A stretch of DNA of 64,000 nucleotides from positions 4,192,001 through 4,256,000 of the forward strand of contig CBDCDZ010000004.1 in the NCBI GenBank assembly GCA_965215565.1, written 5' to 3'. The notes under the pieces were generated by a model. It searched no databases, was not told the DNA's origin, and saw only the letters and a list, made by a program, of their open reading frames with translations. Every line of letters begins with the position of its first letter. Within the stretch, counting starts at the first letter, position 1. The stretch is from Trueperaceae bacterium (GTDB taxonomy: Bacteria; Deinococcota; Deinococci; Deinococcales; Trueperaceae). Below are positions 49,880 through 59,626 of this stretch, piece by piece. The position numbers were made by a program, and so were the translations under genes.

Positions 49880-52099
49880 GTGAAAGTACTCCAGGGAATC
49901 TTCCTCGTCATCTTGAGCGTCGTTTTGGCTGTCGCGGCGCTCCTCACCGCCTCGGCGTTTAAGTGGGCGGAGGAGCTGCCGTCTATCGAAGAGGTCGAGA
50001 GCCTCAAGTTCACCGCCACCTCGCAGATTTTCGCCGCCAACGGTGAGCCTATCGGGGCTATTCTGCCCTACATCGGTGAAGACCGGGAGCTGACCAACCG
50101 CGTGAACGTGGCCTTGGACGAGGTCTCACCGGCGGTCATCTGGGCGGTCGTCGCTTCGGAAGATGACCAGTTCTTCGAGCACTACGGCTTCGACATTCCG
50201 GGCATCGCCAAGGCGACGTACCTAGAGTTCTTGGGCGACGGCGGGCGCGGTGGCTCGACGATTACGACGCAGGTCATCAAGAACACGCTGCTCAGAGGGA
50301 TGTCGGACGAGCGCTCGCTGGAGCGCAAAGCGAAAGAGATCATGCTGGCAACCGAATTAGAGCGCCGCTTAACCAAGCCCGAAATTTTGCAGCAGTACCT
50401 CAACTTGGTCTATTGGGGCGGCAACCTCTACGGCGTACACGCCGCCGCAAAAGCCTACTTCGACAAGGACCCTATCGAACTCAACCTAGCCGAGTCGCTC
50501 TACTTGGCGCGGCTCATCCCGACGCCCTCGGCGAACTACAGCGACTTCACCGCGACGAGGCGCGCGATGCGCGTCGTGCTCGACACTATGATTGAGCAGG
50601 GCGTCGTGAGCCGCGAGATTGCGGACCAGGCGTGGCGCTACCCCTTGGAGCCGACGGGCTGGCGCGTCGAATACGACGAGGTGGGTAACATCGTGGGTGA
50701 GCCGACGCGCACCGATGCGCAGCCGCGCATCGCCCGGAGCGTCTCGTCGAATTTGAACCCCTACGTCGCCTACGCCGTGCGCAACGAGACCTCGCAGCTT
50801 TTAGGGCAAAACCGGCTCTTCGGCGCGGGCGGGCTCAAGATTTACACCACCATCGACGTGCAGAAGCAGGAGGCGGCGAACCAGACCGCCGCAGACCCCA
50901 AAGGTAACCTGCCCCCCGGCGCGGAACTCGCTATCGTCAGCGTGGAGCCCTCCACTGGGCGCATCCTGGCGATGGTGGGCGGCACGCCGCAAAGCTCGGG
51001 CGACGACACCTTCAACCGCGCCACCGACGCGCGGCGTCAGCCGGGCAGCTCGTTTAAGCCGATCATCGTCGCCACCGCTATCGAGCAGGGTAACTATACG
51101 CAAGCGAGCGTCATCAGCGACGAAAAGACAGTCTTCAAGCAGCGCGGACGCCCCGACTGGGAGCCGAAAAACCACGACGACAAGTTTTTGGGCGTGAAAA
51201 CGTTGCGCTACCACCTCGACGTGTCGCGCAACATCCCTATAGCCAAACTCGTCGAGGCGGTCACGCCCGAAGAGGTCGTGGCGCGCGCCACCGAACTCGG
51301 CTACGAAAATTTGAAGCCCTATCCGTCTATTGCCCTGGGCTCCTTTGAAGTGACGCCGCTTCAGCACACGAGCGCGATCAGCGCCTTTGCGAACGGCGGC
51401 GTTCACGTCGAGCCACACCTCATCGCCAAAGTCACAGACGCCGAGGACAACGTGCTCTATGAGGCGGAGCCGCGCGAGGCGCGCGTCTGGAGCGAAGAGA
51501 CCGCCTACCTCATGCTCGACATGCTGCGCGGCAACGTGACAGACACCGCCCCCTACGGCTTCTCTAACCGCGCCACCATTGACGGACGCTGGGTAGGTGG
51601 TAAGACCGGCACCACGAACAGTGACCGCGACATCTGGTTTGTCGGCACTACGCCGGAGATGACCACGGCGGTGTGGATAGGGTACGACGACAACCGGAGC
51701 TTGGCTAAAGAGATGCCGGACGGCGAGAGCCTCAACAGCTCGCGTCAACCCGTACGCTTGTGGCAGTCCTACACGCAAGCCGCCCTCACGGGCACGCCCG
51801 CAGGGTCCTTTACGCCGCCCGAAAATGTCGTCTTTAGAAACATCAACTTAGCGACGGGTACCCCTTCGCCTAGCGGTACGCGCGTCGCCTTTGTGGAGAA
51901 CGCCCAACCAGGAGCGCGGGCGCAGCGCATCGGCAACCCCATCACCATCACCATCCCCGTAGACCGCCGCACCGAGACCCGCGCGAATGAGACCACGCCG
52001 CGTGACTTCATCTACTGGAAAGAGATTTCGCCTTCTGAGATCGAGCAGTACACGCAGCCTGCGCCCACCTCGAGCGACGATCTAGGTCAGACGCCGTAA
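49880..52099 (+). CDS. Class A penicillin-binding protein (PBP1A-like)
   Basis: EDDQF and GGSTITTQ transglycosylase motifs; SSFK, SRN, KTGT transpeptidase motifs. Confidence 0.95.
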   Translation: MKVLQGIFLVILSVVLAVAALLTASAFKWAEELPSIEEVESLKFTATSQIFAANGEPIGAILPYIGEDRELTNRVNVALDEVSPAVIWAVVASEDDQFFEHYGFDIPGIAKATYLEFLGDGGRGGSTITTQVIKNTLLRGMSDERSLERKAKEIMLATELERRLTKPEILQQYLNLVYWGGNLYGVHAAAKAYFDKDPIELNLAESLYLARLIPTPSANYSDFTATRRAMRVVLDTMIEQGVVSREIADQAWRYPLEPTGWRVEYDEVGNIVGEPTRTDAQPRIARSVSSNLNPYVAYAVRNETSQLLGQNRLFGAGGLKIYTTIDVQKQEAANQTAADPKGNLPPGAELAIVSVEPSTGRILAMVGGTPQSSGDDTFNRATDARRQPGSSFKPIIVATAIEQGNYTQASVISDEKTVFKQRGRPDWEPKNHDDKFLGVKTLRYHLDVSRNIPIAKLVEAVTPEEVVARATELGYENLKPYPSIALGSFEVTPLQHTSAISAFANGGVHVEPHLIAKVTDAEDNVLYEAEPREARVWSEETAYLMLDMLRGNVTDTAPYGFSNRATIDGRWVGGKTGTTNSDRDIWFVGTTPEMTTAVWIGYDDNRSLAKEMPDGESLNSSRQPVRLWQSYTQAALTGTPAGSFTPPENVVFRNINLATGTPSPSGTRVAFVENAQPGARAQRIGNPITITIPVDRRTETRANETTPRDFIYWKEISPSEIEQYTQPAPTSSDDLGQTP

Positions 52100-52109
52100 G
52101 ACTGTAAGT

Positions 52110-53057
52110 TTGAGCGTGAATGAAACCCTCACCGCCGTACCCGGCTTGCGCGTCGGGCACTGGTCCGACGAGGTGGCGGCGACGGGCTGCACCGTCGTCC
52201 TCTGCCCGGACGAGGGCTGCGTCGCCTCGGGCGAGGTCTTAGGGAGCGCGCCAGGCTCGCGCGAGACCGCCCTGCTAGCGCCGGAGAAGAGCGCCATGCG
52301 CATTCACGCGGTGACGCTGGCGGGCGGCAGCGCCTTCGGCTTGGCAGCGGCGGACGGCGTGACGCGGTGGTTGGCTGAGCGAGGGGTAGGCTACGAAACC
52401 CCTTTCGCGAACGTGCCGCTCGTGCCGTCCGCTGTTATCTACGATCTCGGCGTGGGCGACGCTTCGGTGCGCCCGAGTGCGGAGGCGGGCTACCGCGCCG
52501 CGCAAGCGGCGAGCGACGCGCCCGTGCCGCTCGGACGAGCCGGCGTCGGCGTGGGCGCGACGTGCGGCAAGTACCTGGGCTTTGAAGGGGCGGAGTTTGG
52601 CGGCCTGGGCAGCGCGGCGGTGCGCGTCGGCGGCGCGACCGTCGCCGCGCTCAGCGTGTCGAACCCGGTAGGCGATATCGTGGACCCCGACACGGGCGAG
52701 GTGGTGGCGGGCGCGCGGTTAGAGGGGGGCTCGAGACCTGTCCCAGCGAAGCGGTTGGAGAATTTCTCGAGCGCTCTCCTCGGCACCAACACCACCCTCG
52801 TCGTCGTCGCCACAGACGCGCCCATCAGCAAAGCGAACGCCAAAGCCCTCGCGCAGAGCGCCCACATCGGTATCGCGCGCGTCACTCGTCCCTCACACAC
52901 CGTTCACGACGGCGACGCAGCTTTCGCGCTCAGCACCGGGGCGGGACCGCAGGTGCCCCTCATGCTCCTCTCCGTCGCCGTGCAAGAGGTCGTGGCGGCG
53001 TCTATCTTGGCTGGGGTGGAAGCGGTGAACAGTGAGTCAGAATTCAGAAAGAAGTAA
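52110..53057 (+). CDS. P1/S58 (DmpA-like) peptidase
   Basis: GLRVGH, APGSRET, GGSAFGL, NTTL, DGD. Confidence 0.9.
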   Translation: MSVNETLTAVPGLRVGHWSDEVAATGCTVVLCPDEGCVASGEVLGSAPGSRETALLAPEKSAMRIHAVTLAGGSAFGLAAADGVTRWLAERGVGYETPFANVPLVPSAVIYDLGVGDASVRPSAEAGYRAAQAASDAPVPLGRAGVGVGATCGKYLGFEGAEFGGLGSAAVRVGGATVAALSVSNPVGDIVDPDTGEVVAGARLEGGSRPVPAKRLENFSSALLGTNTTLVVVATDAPISKANAKALAQSAHIGIARVTRPSHTVHDGDAAFALSTGAGPQVPLMLLSVAVQEVVAASILAGVEAVNSESEFRKK

Positions 53058-53144
53058 GAATCAGGGAGCAAGGAAGGACGAGGCTCGTCCCTCCTGTCGC
53101 CCTCCCACTTCCTCTTCAAGCTTATTTTGTGCCAAGATAGCGCT

Positions 53145-53789
53145 ATGGCTGAGGTCGGTGTACTCGCGTTGCAAGGCGCGTTCCGCGAACATAGAAGAGC
53201 CTTGGAGCGTCTCGGCGCGGCGGTGCGAGAGGTGCGTTTGCCAGGTCATCTGACGGGGCTCTCCGGCGTCGTCATCCCTGGCGGCGAGTCCACCACAATG
53301 GCGAAGCTGATGTCAGCTTACGGGCTCGGCACCGCTCTAAAAGAGTTTTACGACCGGGGCGGCGCAGTTTGGGGCACGTGCGCAGGGGCCATCTCCGTCG
53401 CGACTGACATCGCAGGTCATCCCGAGCAACCCCGCTTAGGACTTTTGGAGATGAGCATCGCCCGCAACGCCTACGGGCGACAAGTCGCCTCGTTTGAAGC
53501 GGATATCAGTGTCGCGGGTTTTGCCGAACCTTTCCGCGCCCTCTTCATCCGCGCGCCGCGCATCATGAGCGTCGGTCAAGAGGTTGAGGTGTTAGCTGAA
53601 TACGGCAATGATCCGATTATGGTGCGTCACGACAGGCTCATGGCGACGGTTTTCCACCCCGAACTCTCCGGTGATGACCGTGTCCACGCTTATTTTTTAG
53701 AACATGTCCTCGTTCACGCTAGAACAGACGCTTCTAAAATAGACGCTTCTAAAACAGCCGGTGCGCCGCAAGGCGACCCAGCACAATAG
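53145..53789 (+). CDS. pdxT: Pyridoxal 5'-phosphate synthase glutaminase subunit
   Basis: GVLALQGAFREH, PGGESTT, GTCAG, RNAYGRQ, FHPEL. Confidence 0.95.
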   Translation: MAEVGVLALQGAFREHRRALERLGAAVREVRLPGHLTGLSGVVIPGGESTTMAKLMSAYGLGTALKEFYDRGGAVWGTCAGAISVATDIAGHPEQPRLGLLEMSIARNAYGRQVASFEADISVAGFAEPFRALFIRAPRIMSVGQEVEVLAEYGNDPIMVRHDRLMATVFHPELSGDDRVHAYFLEHVLVHARTDASKIDASKTAGAPQGDPAQ

Positions 53790-54114
53790 CCGCGAACCCC
53801 AAGAGCAGATTGCCGAAGAGGTACGCGCCCGCCCAGCCCCACTGCTCCTCCTGCACGAGCTTATAGCTGTCCAGTTCAAAGGTTGAAAACGTCGTAAACG
53901 AGCCGAGAAAGCCCGTGCCGATGGCGAGTTGCATTGTAGGGGAGAGGCCGGACGTGTTCGCGTGGAAGAGCAGCGACAACAAAAACGAGCCTGTGACGTT
54001 GACCAAGAGGGTGCTGAGGGGAAAGCCGGTGGCGAGCGTCCCCTGAACGAGCAACCCCACGAGATAGCGGCAGAGCGCCCCGAATGCGCCGCCTAGCATC
54101 ACGCCTATAATCAT
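53749..54114 (-). CDS. crcB: Fluoride channel Fluc
   Basis: GGAFGALCRY, TLLVNVTGS, GFLGSFTTFSTF. Confidence 0.95.
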   Translation of the reverse strand: MIIGVMLGGAFGALCRYLVGLLVQGTLATGFPLSTLLVNVTGSFLLSLLFHANTSGLSPTMQLAIGTGFLGSFTTFSTFELDSYKLVQEEQWGWAGAYLFGNLLLGFAAIVLGRLAAHRLF

Positions 54115-54231
54115 TATGAGATCAAGCTACCACGTGGACGGGCTTGTGAATCTGTGAAAATAAAGCTGTAGAGGATTGCTTTCGAGCCTACTGGATTCGA
54201 ACCGCGCCCGTGTCGAAGAGGAAAACATCCC

Positions 54232-54570
54232 CTACAAACAAGCTACCTCACGTTTGAACGAAAGGACGTAGAAAAGCGCTTCAGCGAGGGGCTGTGTGTA
54301 CTTAGGCTCGAGGCTCGCCGCGTCCACGTCGAACCAAAGCTGCGTCACGCCCTGCTGCAACGCCGCGCGCAAAAACTCCTCTTTCGCCCGAAAGTCCTCC
54401 AGAGTATGGACGCTGACCTCTTCGGGCAGGTTGTGTAGGTGCGCCGACGCGAGCGCGATGTCCCTAAAGACGAGCACGCTTTTGTGCCTTTCATGCAGCA
54501 TCACGAAGTCGAACGCGCTGCTGCTTGGGTTGCGTCCGAGGTAATAGAGGGAGTGGTCTAAAACTGCCAC
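54232..54570 (-). CDS. Hypothetical protein
   Basis: Likely leaderless GTG at 54570 after TACGCT; the ORF-track N-terminal extension overlaps the proS promoter. Confidence 0.6.
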   Translation of the reverse strand: MAVLDHSLYYLGRNPSSSAFDFVMLHERHKSVLVFRDIALASAHLHNLPEEVSVHTLEDFRAKEEFLRAALQQGVTQLWFDVDAASLEPKYTQPLAEALFYVLSFKREVACL

Positions 54571-54638
54571 CTCTTTAGCGTAGCAAAGTGGAGGGCGATT
54601 CTTCGGATGTGAGATACGAGGGCTAGCTCGAGCCCTAC

Positions 54639-54804
54639 TTGACCCCAGAACCCACCTCCTCGTATACTCCACACCATGACCCGCATTCCTCACGTGACGA
54701 ACGACGTACAGGTCCCGTCCACGTCTAGGGGTGCGCTCAGCTAGGCTGACGCTTTCACGCTTGTGCGCCCCGCCACCTCTTATGGTTGGCGGGGTTTTTC
54801 TTTT
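54639..54804 (+). promoter_or_regulatory. proS promoter, leader peptide (54676-54744) and attenuator
   Basis: TTGACC-N18-TATACT-N7-ATG; MTRIPHVTNDVQVPSTSRGALS*; antiterminator 54728-54771 overlaps terminator 54768-54804. Confidence 0.65.
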
Positions 54805-54834
54805 GGGCGCAGTTCAGCCAGAAAGAGGTGAACC

Positions 54835-56691
54835 ATGAGAATGAGTCAGCTTTTCTTCCGAACCTTGCGTGACACGCCCGCCGAGGCGGACACCGCCGGT
54901 CACAGTCTGCTGCTGCGCGGCGGGTTCGTCCAGCAGCTAGGCGCGGGGCTCTTCGACCTCTTACCACTCGGGCTCAGGGTGAAGCGGAAGGTTGAGGCGG
55001 TCATTCGCGAGGAGTTGGACGCGCTCGGCGCGCAAGAGGTCCTCTTTCCGCTCGTGCAGCCCGCCGACTTGTGGGAGCGCAGCGGGCGCTGGCGAGGCGT
55101 CGGCGGCGAGATGGCGCGCTTCACGGACCGGGCAGGGCGCGCGCTCTGCCTCGGCATGACGCACGAAGAGGTGGCGGCGGACGCGGCGCGTCACGCCGTG
55201 CGCAGCTACCGCCAACTCCCTGTCACGCTCTACCAGATAGGGACGAAGTTTCGCGATGAGCCCAGGGCGAGGGGCGGGCTCATCCGTTTGAGAGAATTCA
55301 CCATGAACGACGCTTATTCGTTCCACGCGGACGCGCAGAGTTTGGAGGTGATGTACCGGGAGATGTACGCCGCGTACAGGCGCATCTTCTCGCGCCTCGG
55401 TCTGAGCGTCGTCGCGGTGGAGAGCGACATGGGCATGATGGGTGGGGACTCGGATGGGGACGCGGAGGCGAGCGGCGCGCACGAGTTCATGGTGCTCACG
55501 CCTATAGGTGAGGACACGCTATTACTCTGCACCGAGTGTGACTACAAAGCGAACCGCCAGGTGGCGAGGTTTAGGAAGCCTAATGTGAACGCCGAAGAGG
55601 TCAAAGAGGTGGAACGCGTAGAGACACCCGGTACGAAGACGATCGAGGCGCTCGCTGACCTCTTGAACGTCCCTAAGTCGCGCACGGCTAAAGCGGTGTT
55701 TTTCGTCGCTGAACCCGCCGCTGAACCCATTGCTGAACCCGTTGCCGAATCAGAAGCGCAAGAGGAGGTCCGGGCGCGTTTCGTCTTCGCCCTGCTGCGC
55801 GGCGACATGACGCTTAGCGAGACGAAGCTCAGCGCTAAGCTAGGTGCACATATCGGCGCACACAGCTTGCGCCCCGCCACTGAAGAGGAGATTCGCTCCG
55901 TCGGGGCGGAGCCCGGTTACGCTTCACCTCTTAGTCTTACAGGGGACGTTCTACTCGTTGTAGACGACGCTGTGACTCTCTCTCCCAACCTCGTCGCCGG
56001 GGCGAACCGGGCGGGCTATCACCTCACGAACACGAATTACGGACGCGATTACAGCGCCGACCTCATCGCCGACATCGCGGCTGCGTCCGAGGGCGACGCT
56101 TGCCCTCGGTGCGGCGCGCAGATGGTAGCGCGGCGCGGCGTTGAGGTAGGCAACATCTTCAAACTAGGGACGAAGTACAGCGGGGCGTTGGGGGCTACCT
56201 ATCTGGACCGTGACGGCGCGGCGCACCCTCTCGTGATGGGGAGCTACGGCGTCGGCGTAGAGCGCACCCTCGCCTGCGTCGCTGAGTTGCACCGCGACGA
56301 CGCGGGTCTCTGCTGGACTGTGAGCACCGCGCCCTACCACGTGGCGCTCGTTTCGCTCGGCGGCGCGCGCTTCCCCGATGTAGCGGAAGCGGCTGAGGTG
56401 CTCTACGCGGACCTTGTGGCGGCAGGATTGGAGCCCCTCTTCGATGACAGAGACGCGAGCGCAGGCGTCAAGTTCGGCGACGCGGACCTGCTCGGGCTGC
56501 CTCTGCGGGTGACGGTAGGGCGTAGAGGGTTAGCCGAAGGCGTCGCCGAGGTCAAGGTGCGGCGCACGGGTGAAGTCGAGAAGGTGGCGCTGGCCTCTCT
56601 GGTGGAGACTCTCGAGACCAAACTCCGCGACCTCCAACGCGAAGAGACCCGTGAAGCGCATACTCCTCCTGTCCCTTTTCAGGTAGGCTAA
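54835..56691 (+). CDS. proS: Proline--tRNA ligase, bacterial type with INS editing domain
   Basis: MTHEE, KFRDEPRARGGLIRLREF, GAEPGYASP, EVGNIFKLGTKYS, MGSYGVGVER. Confidence 0.95.
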   Translation: MRMSQLFFRTLRDTPAEADTAGHSLLLRGGFVQQLGAGLFDLLPLGLRVKRKVEAVIREELDALGAQEVLFPLVQPADLWERSGRWRGVGGEMARFTDRAGRALCLGMTHEEVAADAARHAVRSYRQLPVTLYQIGTKFRDEPRARGGLIRLREFTMNDAYSFHADAQSLEVMYREMYAAYRRIFSRLGLSVVAVESDMGMMGGDSDGDAEASGAHEFMVLTPIGEDTLLLCTECDYKANRQVARFRKPNVNAEEVKEVERVETPGTKTIEALADLLNVPKSRTAKAVFFVAEPAAEPIAEPVAESEAQEEVRARFVFALLRGDMTLSETKLSAKLGAHIGAHSLRPATEEEIRSVGAEPGYASPLSLTGDVLLVVDDAVTLSPNLVAGANRAGYHLTNTNYGRDYSADLIADIAAASEGDACPRCGAQMVARRGVEVGNIFKLGTKYSGALGATYLDRDGAAHPLVMGSYGVGVERTLACVAELHRDDAGLCWTVSTAPYHVALVSLGGARFPDVAEAAEVLYADLVAAGLEPLFDDRDASAGVKFGDADLLGLPLRVTVGRRGLAEGVAEVKVRRTGEVEKVALASLVETLETKLRDLQREETREAHTPPVPFQVG

Positions 56692-56695
56692 GCTC

Positions 56696-57973
56696 ATGCT
56701 GGACCTTAAATTCATCCGTGAAAACCCCGAAACCGTCCGCAAAGCGATTCGCGACAAGCAACTCGGCACGCAGCCCAAGCTGGACCAACTCCTCTTAGTG
56801 GATGAAGAGTACCGCCTCTTGCGCAGTGACTTAGAGAAGAAACAAGCCGAGCGCAACGCGAGTAGCAAAAAGATTGGTCAACTCAAGCGCAAAGGCGAAA
56901 ATGCCGACGACCTCATCCGGGGGATGGGCGAGCTGTCGGGTGAAGTCAAGAGCTTGGAGGAAAAGGAGCGGAGCTTACAGCACCAGTTGGAGGGGCTGAT
57001 GCTGGAGATTCCCAACATCCCCCATGAGAGCGTGCCCTATGGCGAAAGCGAGCACGATAACGTCGTGGTGCACGAACGCGGCGAGAAACCGAGCTTTGAC
57101 TTTTCGCCTAAACCGCACTGGGACCTCGCGACCGCGAGAGGCTGGATAGACTTTGAGGCGGGCGTCAAGACGACGGGCGCGGGCTTTCCCATCTTCAAAG
57201 GGGACGGCGCTAAACTCGTACGCGCGCTCAAGAACTACTTTTTGGACACGCTCGCCGAAAAAGGTTATACCGAGGTCACGCCGCCCGTCATGGTCAACGC
57301 CGAATCCGCCACCGCGACGGGACAGTTGCCCGACAAAGAGGGGCAGATGTATGAGGTTACGGACGGCTTCTACCTCATCCCGACCTCCGAGGTGCCCGTC
57401 ACGAACCTCTACCGGGGCGAAATTTTGGACGAAGCCGACTTGCCCCTCAAGCTCACCGCCTACACGCCGAATTTCCGCCGCGAGGCGGGCTCGTACGGTA
57501 AAGAGGTGCGCGGCGTGAACCGCGTCCATCAGTTCGACAAGGTGGAGATGGTGCAGTTCGTGACGCCTGAAACGAGCTATGAGGTCTTGGAGGCGATGAC
57601 CGAAATTTCTGAGGGCATCTTGGAGGCGCTAGACCTACCCTACCGCAGGCTCTCGATGTGCACGGGCGACATGGGCTTCACGCAGGCGAAGAAGTACGAC
57701 TTAGAGGTGTGGAGCGCGGGTCAAGCGCGCTGGCTCGAGGTCTCCTCCATCAGCAACCTCACCGACTTCCAGGCGCGGCGCATGTTGACGCGCTACCGCA
57801 CGGGCGGGGCGCAAGGCAAGAGTAAGCCCGAGCTGGTGCATACGCTCAACGGGAGCGCTCTGGCTTTTCCGCGCACGATTGCGGCGATTATGGAGAACTT
57901 TCAAAGCGAAGACGGAACGGTAAAGGTGCCGGAGCCGGTGCAAAAGTATTTTGGCAAGGAGACGCTGGAGTAG
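56696..57973 (+). CDS. serS: Serine--tRNA ligase
   Basis: MLDLKFIRE, PTSEVP, FRREAGS, RVHQFDKVE, HTLNGSALA. Confidence 0.97.
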   Translation: MLDLKFIRENPETVRKAIRDKQLGTQPKLDQLLLVDEEYRLLRSDLEKKQAERNASSKKIGQLKRKGENADDLIRGMGELSGEVKSLEEKERSLQHQLEGLMLEIPNIPHESVPYGESEHDNVVVHERGEKPSFDFSPKPHWDLATARGWIDFEAGVKTTGAGFPIFKGDGAKLVRALKNYFLDTLAEKGYTEVTPPVMVNAESATATGQLPDKEGQMYEVTDGFYLIPTSEVPVTNLYRGEILDEADLPLKLTAYTPNFRREAGSYGKEVRGVNRVHQFDKVEMVQFVTPETSYEVLEAMTEISEGILEALDLPYRRLSMCTGDMGFTQAKKYDLEVWSAGQARWLEVSSISNLTDFQARRMLTRYRTGGAQGKSKPELVHTLNGSALAFPRTIAAIMENFQSEDGTVKVPEPVQKYFGKETLE

Positions 57974-57995
57974 TAGGGTTGCCCATGCGCGACCT

Positions 57996-58029
57996 AGAGT
58001 AAGGGCGGGTTAAGACCCGCCCTTACTCT
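57996..58029. repeat. Perfect 15-bp-stem REP-like palindrome between convergent genes
   Basis: AGAGTAAGGGCGGGT-TAAG-ACCCGCCCTTACTCT. Confidence 0.7.
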
Positions 58030-58066
58030 GCCAGAGAACTCTATCTACCTTTTGAGCGCCGTATTT

Positions 58067-58642
58067 CTAAGGATTCTCCGGCGCTACAGGCGTAATGTCT
58101 GCGGGTCTCTCGACTGGGACGACTGACTGTGAAGGAAAACGCTCGCGCAAATCCTCCACGACTTGCGCCATGAAGCGGTCCGCGCTCCGAGAGGTAGTGC
58201 CGTCCGGTCCGGTACTCGAGTACACCAGCGTCGCCCCCCGCTCTACTGGGCGCAGCACCGCGCTGACGACCGTGCGTTCCGGCTCTCTCGCCGGTACGGG
58301 CACGTATACGCGGAAGAAGGGACCGAAGAAGACGCCGTCCTCATCGCCCTGGTCCTCGTAACGTCGGCTGCGGAGCGTGACGGAACTGCGCGGGCTCCGC
58401 TCGTTTCTGACCGCCGTGATGAGCCCCGTGTCGCGGTCCGCTTCGACGATGGCAAACGTCAGGCGTGTTCCCCCCGAGCGCACGTACGTGCTCGTCATCT
58501 CCTGCAACGTCGCGTCGAAAAGCGCGTTGTAGCGGGCGCTAAAAAAGAGGGGTTCCTCGGGCGGCAGGGTGCTCGTGACGGGCGCACACGCGGCGAGAAT
58601 GACGAGTAGCGTAGAGAAGCTGAGGGCGCGAATTCCTTTCAT
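58067..58642 (-). CDS. Hypothetical lipoprotein
   Basis: AGGAGG RBS; lipobox LAAC; ADRDTGLITA. Confidence 0.7.
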   Translation of the reverse strand: MKGIRALSFSTLLVILAACAPVTSTLPPEEPLFFSARYNALFDATLQEMTSTYVRSGGTRLTFAIVEADRDTGLITAVRNERSPRSSVTLRSRRYEDQGDEDGVFFGPFFRVYVPVPAREPERTVVSAVLRPVERGATLVYSSTGPDGTTSRSADRFMAQVVEDLRERFPSQSVVPVERPADITPVAPENP

Positions 58643-58741
58643 AACGTTCCTCCTAAACGGGTTAGTAGCCCATCATAACGCCGCAAGGAACCCTCTACGG
58701 TGAGGAAATCTCGCACTTTCATGAAGGTTTAGGTGTAAACA

Positions 58742-59050
58742 TTAAGCGTCCGCGTCCACCGTACGCGGCACTTTGAAGTAGCCCTCTTCCTCTTCGACGG
58801 CGAGCCTCAACGTGTCGGCTTGCTCCAGGCTAGGGCGCACGACGTCTTCGCGAAACACGTTGTGACTCGGCGTCGGGCGCACGAGTTCGCTCACGCCGTC
58901 CGTGTCCAGTTCGCGTATCTGCTCGAAGTAGTCCAAGATTGTGTTGAGGTCCTCTTTGAGGTGCTGGGTCTCTTCTGGGTCAATCTCTAAGCGGGCGAGC
59001 GTTTTGAGGTGCGCCATCTCCTCGTCGCTGATGATCGGTTTATTGGACAT
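58742..59050 (-). CDS. gatC: Asp/Glu-tRNA amidotransferase subunit C
   Basis: HLKTLARL, LNTILDYFEQIRELDTDGV, NVFRED, YFKVPR. Confidence 0.93.
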   Translation of the reverse strand: MSNKPIISDEEMAHLKTLARLEIDPEETQHLKEDLNTILDYFEQIRELDTDGVSELVRPTPSHNVFREDVVRPSLEQADTLRLAVEEEEGYFKVPRTVDADA

Positions 59051-59204
59051 GAGGTGAGTGTACCACGTGCTATCTCAGACTCTGCAGTCGGTTGATGAGT
59101 AGAATACAGAACGGAGAATAAAGCGTACGCCGCAGCCTACCTTCTACATTCTTGCTCGTCTCTCGAGGACGTTTGTCCTCACCTACTTGGAGTAGACTGT
59201 CCCT

Positions 59205-59615
59205 ATGAAACGCGGTCTCAGTCTTTTAGCCATCCTCTTTTTACTCCTTAGTTGCAACGCTCCATCAGAAGGAAGTGCACAGGCCCAAGAGGCGCAGGGC
59301 GAGTCGGGGAGCAGCCCCACCGCCGTGCGCACCGAGTTGGAGGGCGAGCCTGCGCTGGGCGAGGCTAAGGTGCGCGTCTATGTCTTGGAAAATAACGAAG
59401 GTGTCTCGGGCGCAACCGTCGAAGTCACAGGCGATATGACCCACGCAGGCATGGCTCCGGTCACGGCTACCGCGAAAGAGGTCGGCGCGGGGCTCTACGA
59501 GACTGAGGGCTTCGAGTTCACGATGGCGGGCGACTGGCTCCTCACCTCCGAAGTGGTGTATCCTGATGGGACCGAAGTGGAAGATACCACGGCGCTGAGC
59601 GTACCTGGACAGTAG
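59205..59615 (+). CDS. YtkA/FixH-like lipoprotein
   Basis: Lipobox LLSC; GDMTHAGMAP and FTMAGDW. Confidence 0.8.
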   Translation: MKRGLSLLAILFLLLSCNAPSEGSAQAQEAQGESGSSPTAVRTELEGEPALGEAKVRVYVLENNEGVSGATVEVTGDMTHAGMAPVTATAKEVGAGLYETEGFEFTMAGDWLLTSEVVYPDGTEVEDTTALSVPGQ

Positions 59616-59626
59616 TTTGACCTGAT

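Noticed and set aside
50801..51778. Long antisense ORF (325 aa) and similar shadow ORFs over ald, hppA, serS and GH15
   Set aside because: Typical high-GC antisense frames over well-supported genes; no motifs
54115..54231. Fluoride riboswitch upstream of crcB; tRNA-like GGTTCGAATCC at 54193-54203 (minus strand)
   Set aside because: No GGCGATGGnGTTCGCC motif, and no cloverleaf around the T-loop-like word
54600..54834. T-box riboswitch upstream of proS
   Set aside because: No GGTGGNACC T-box consensus or stem I motifs seen; the leader-peptide model fits better
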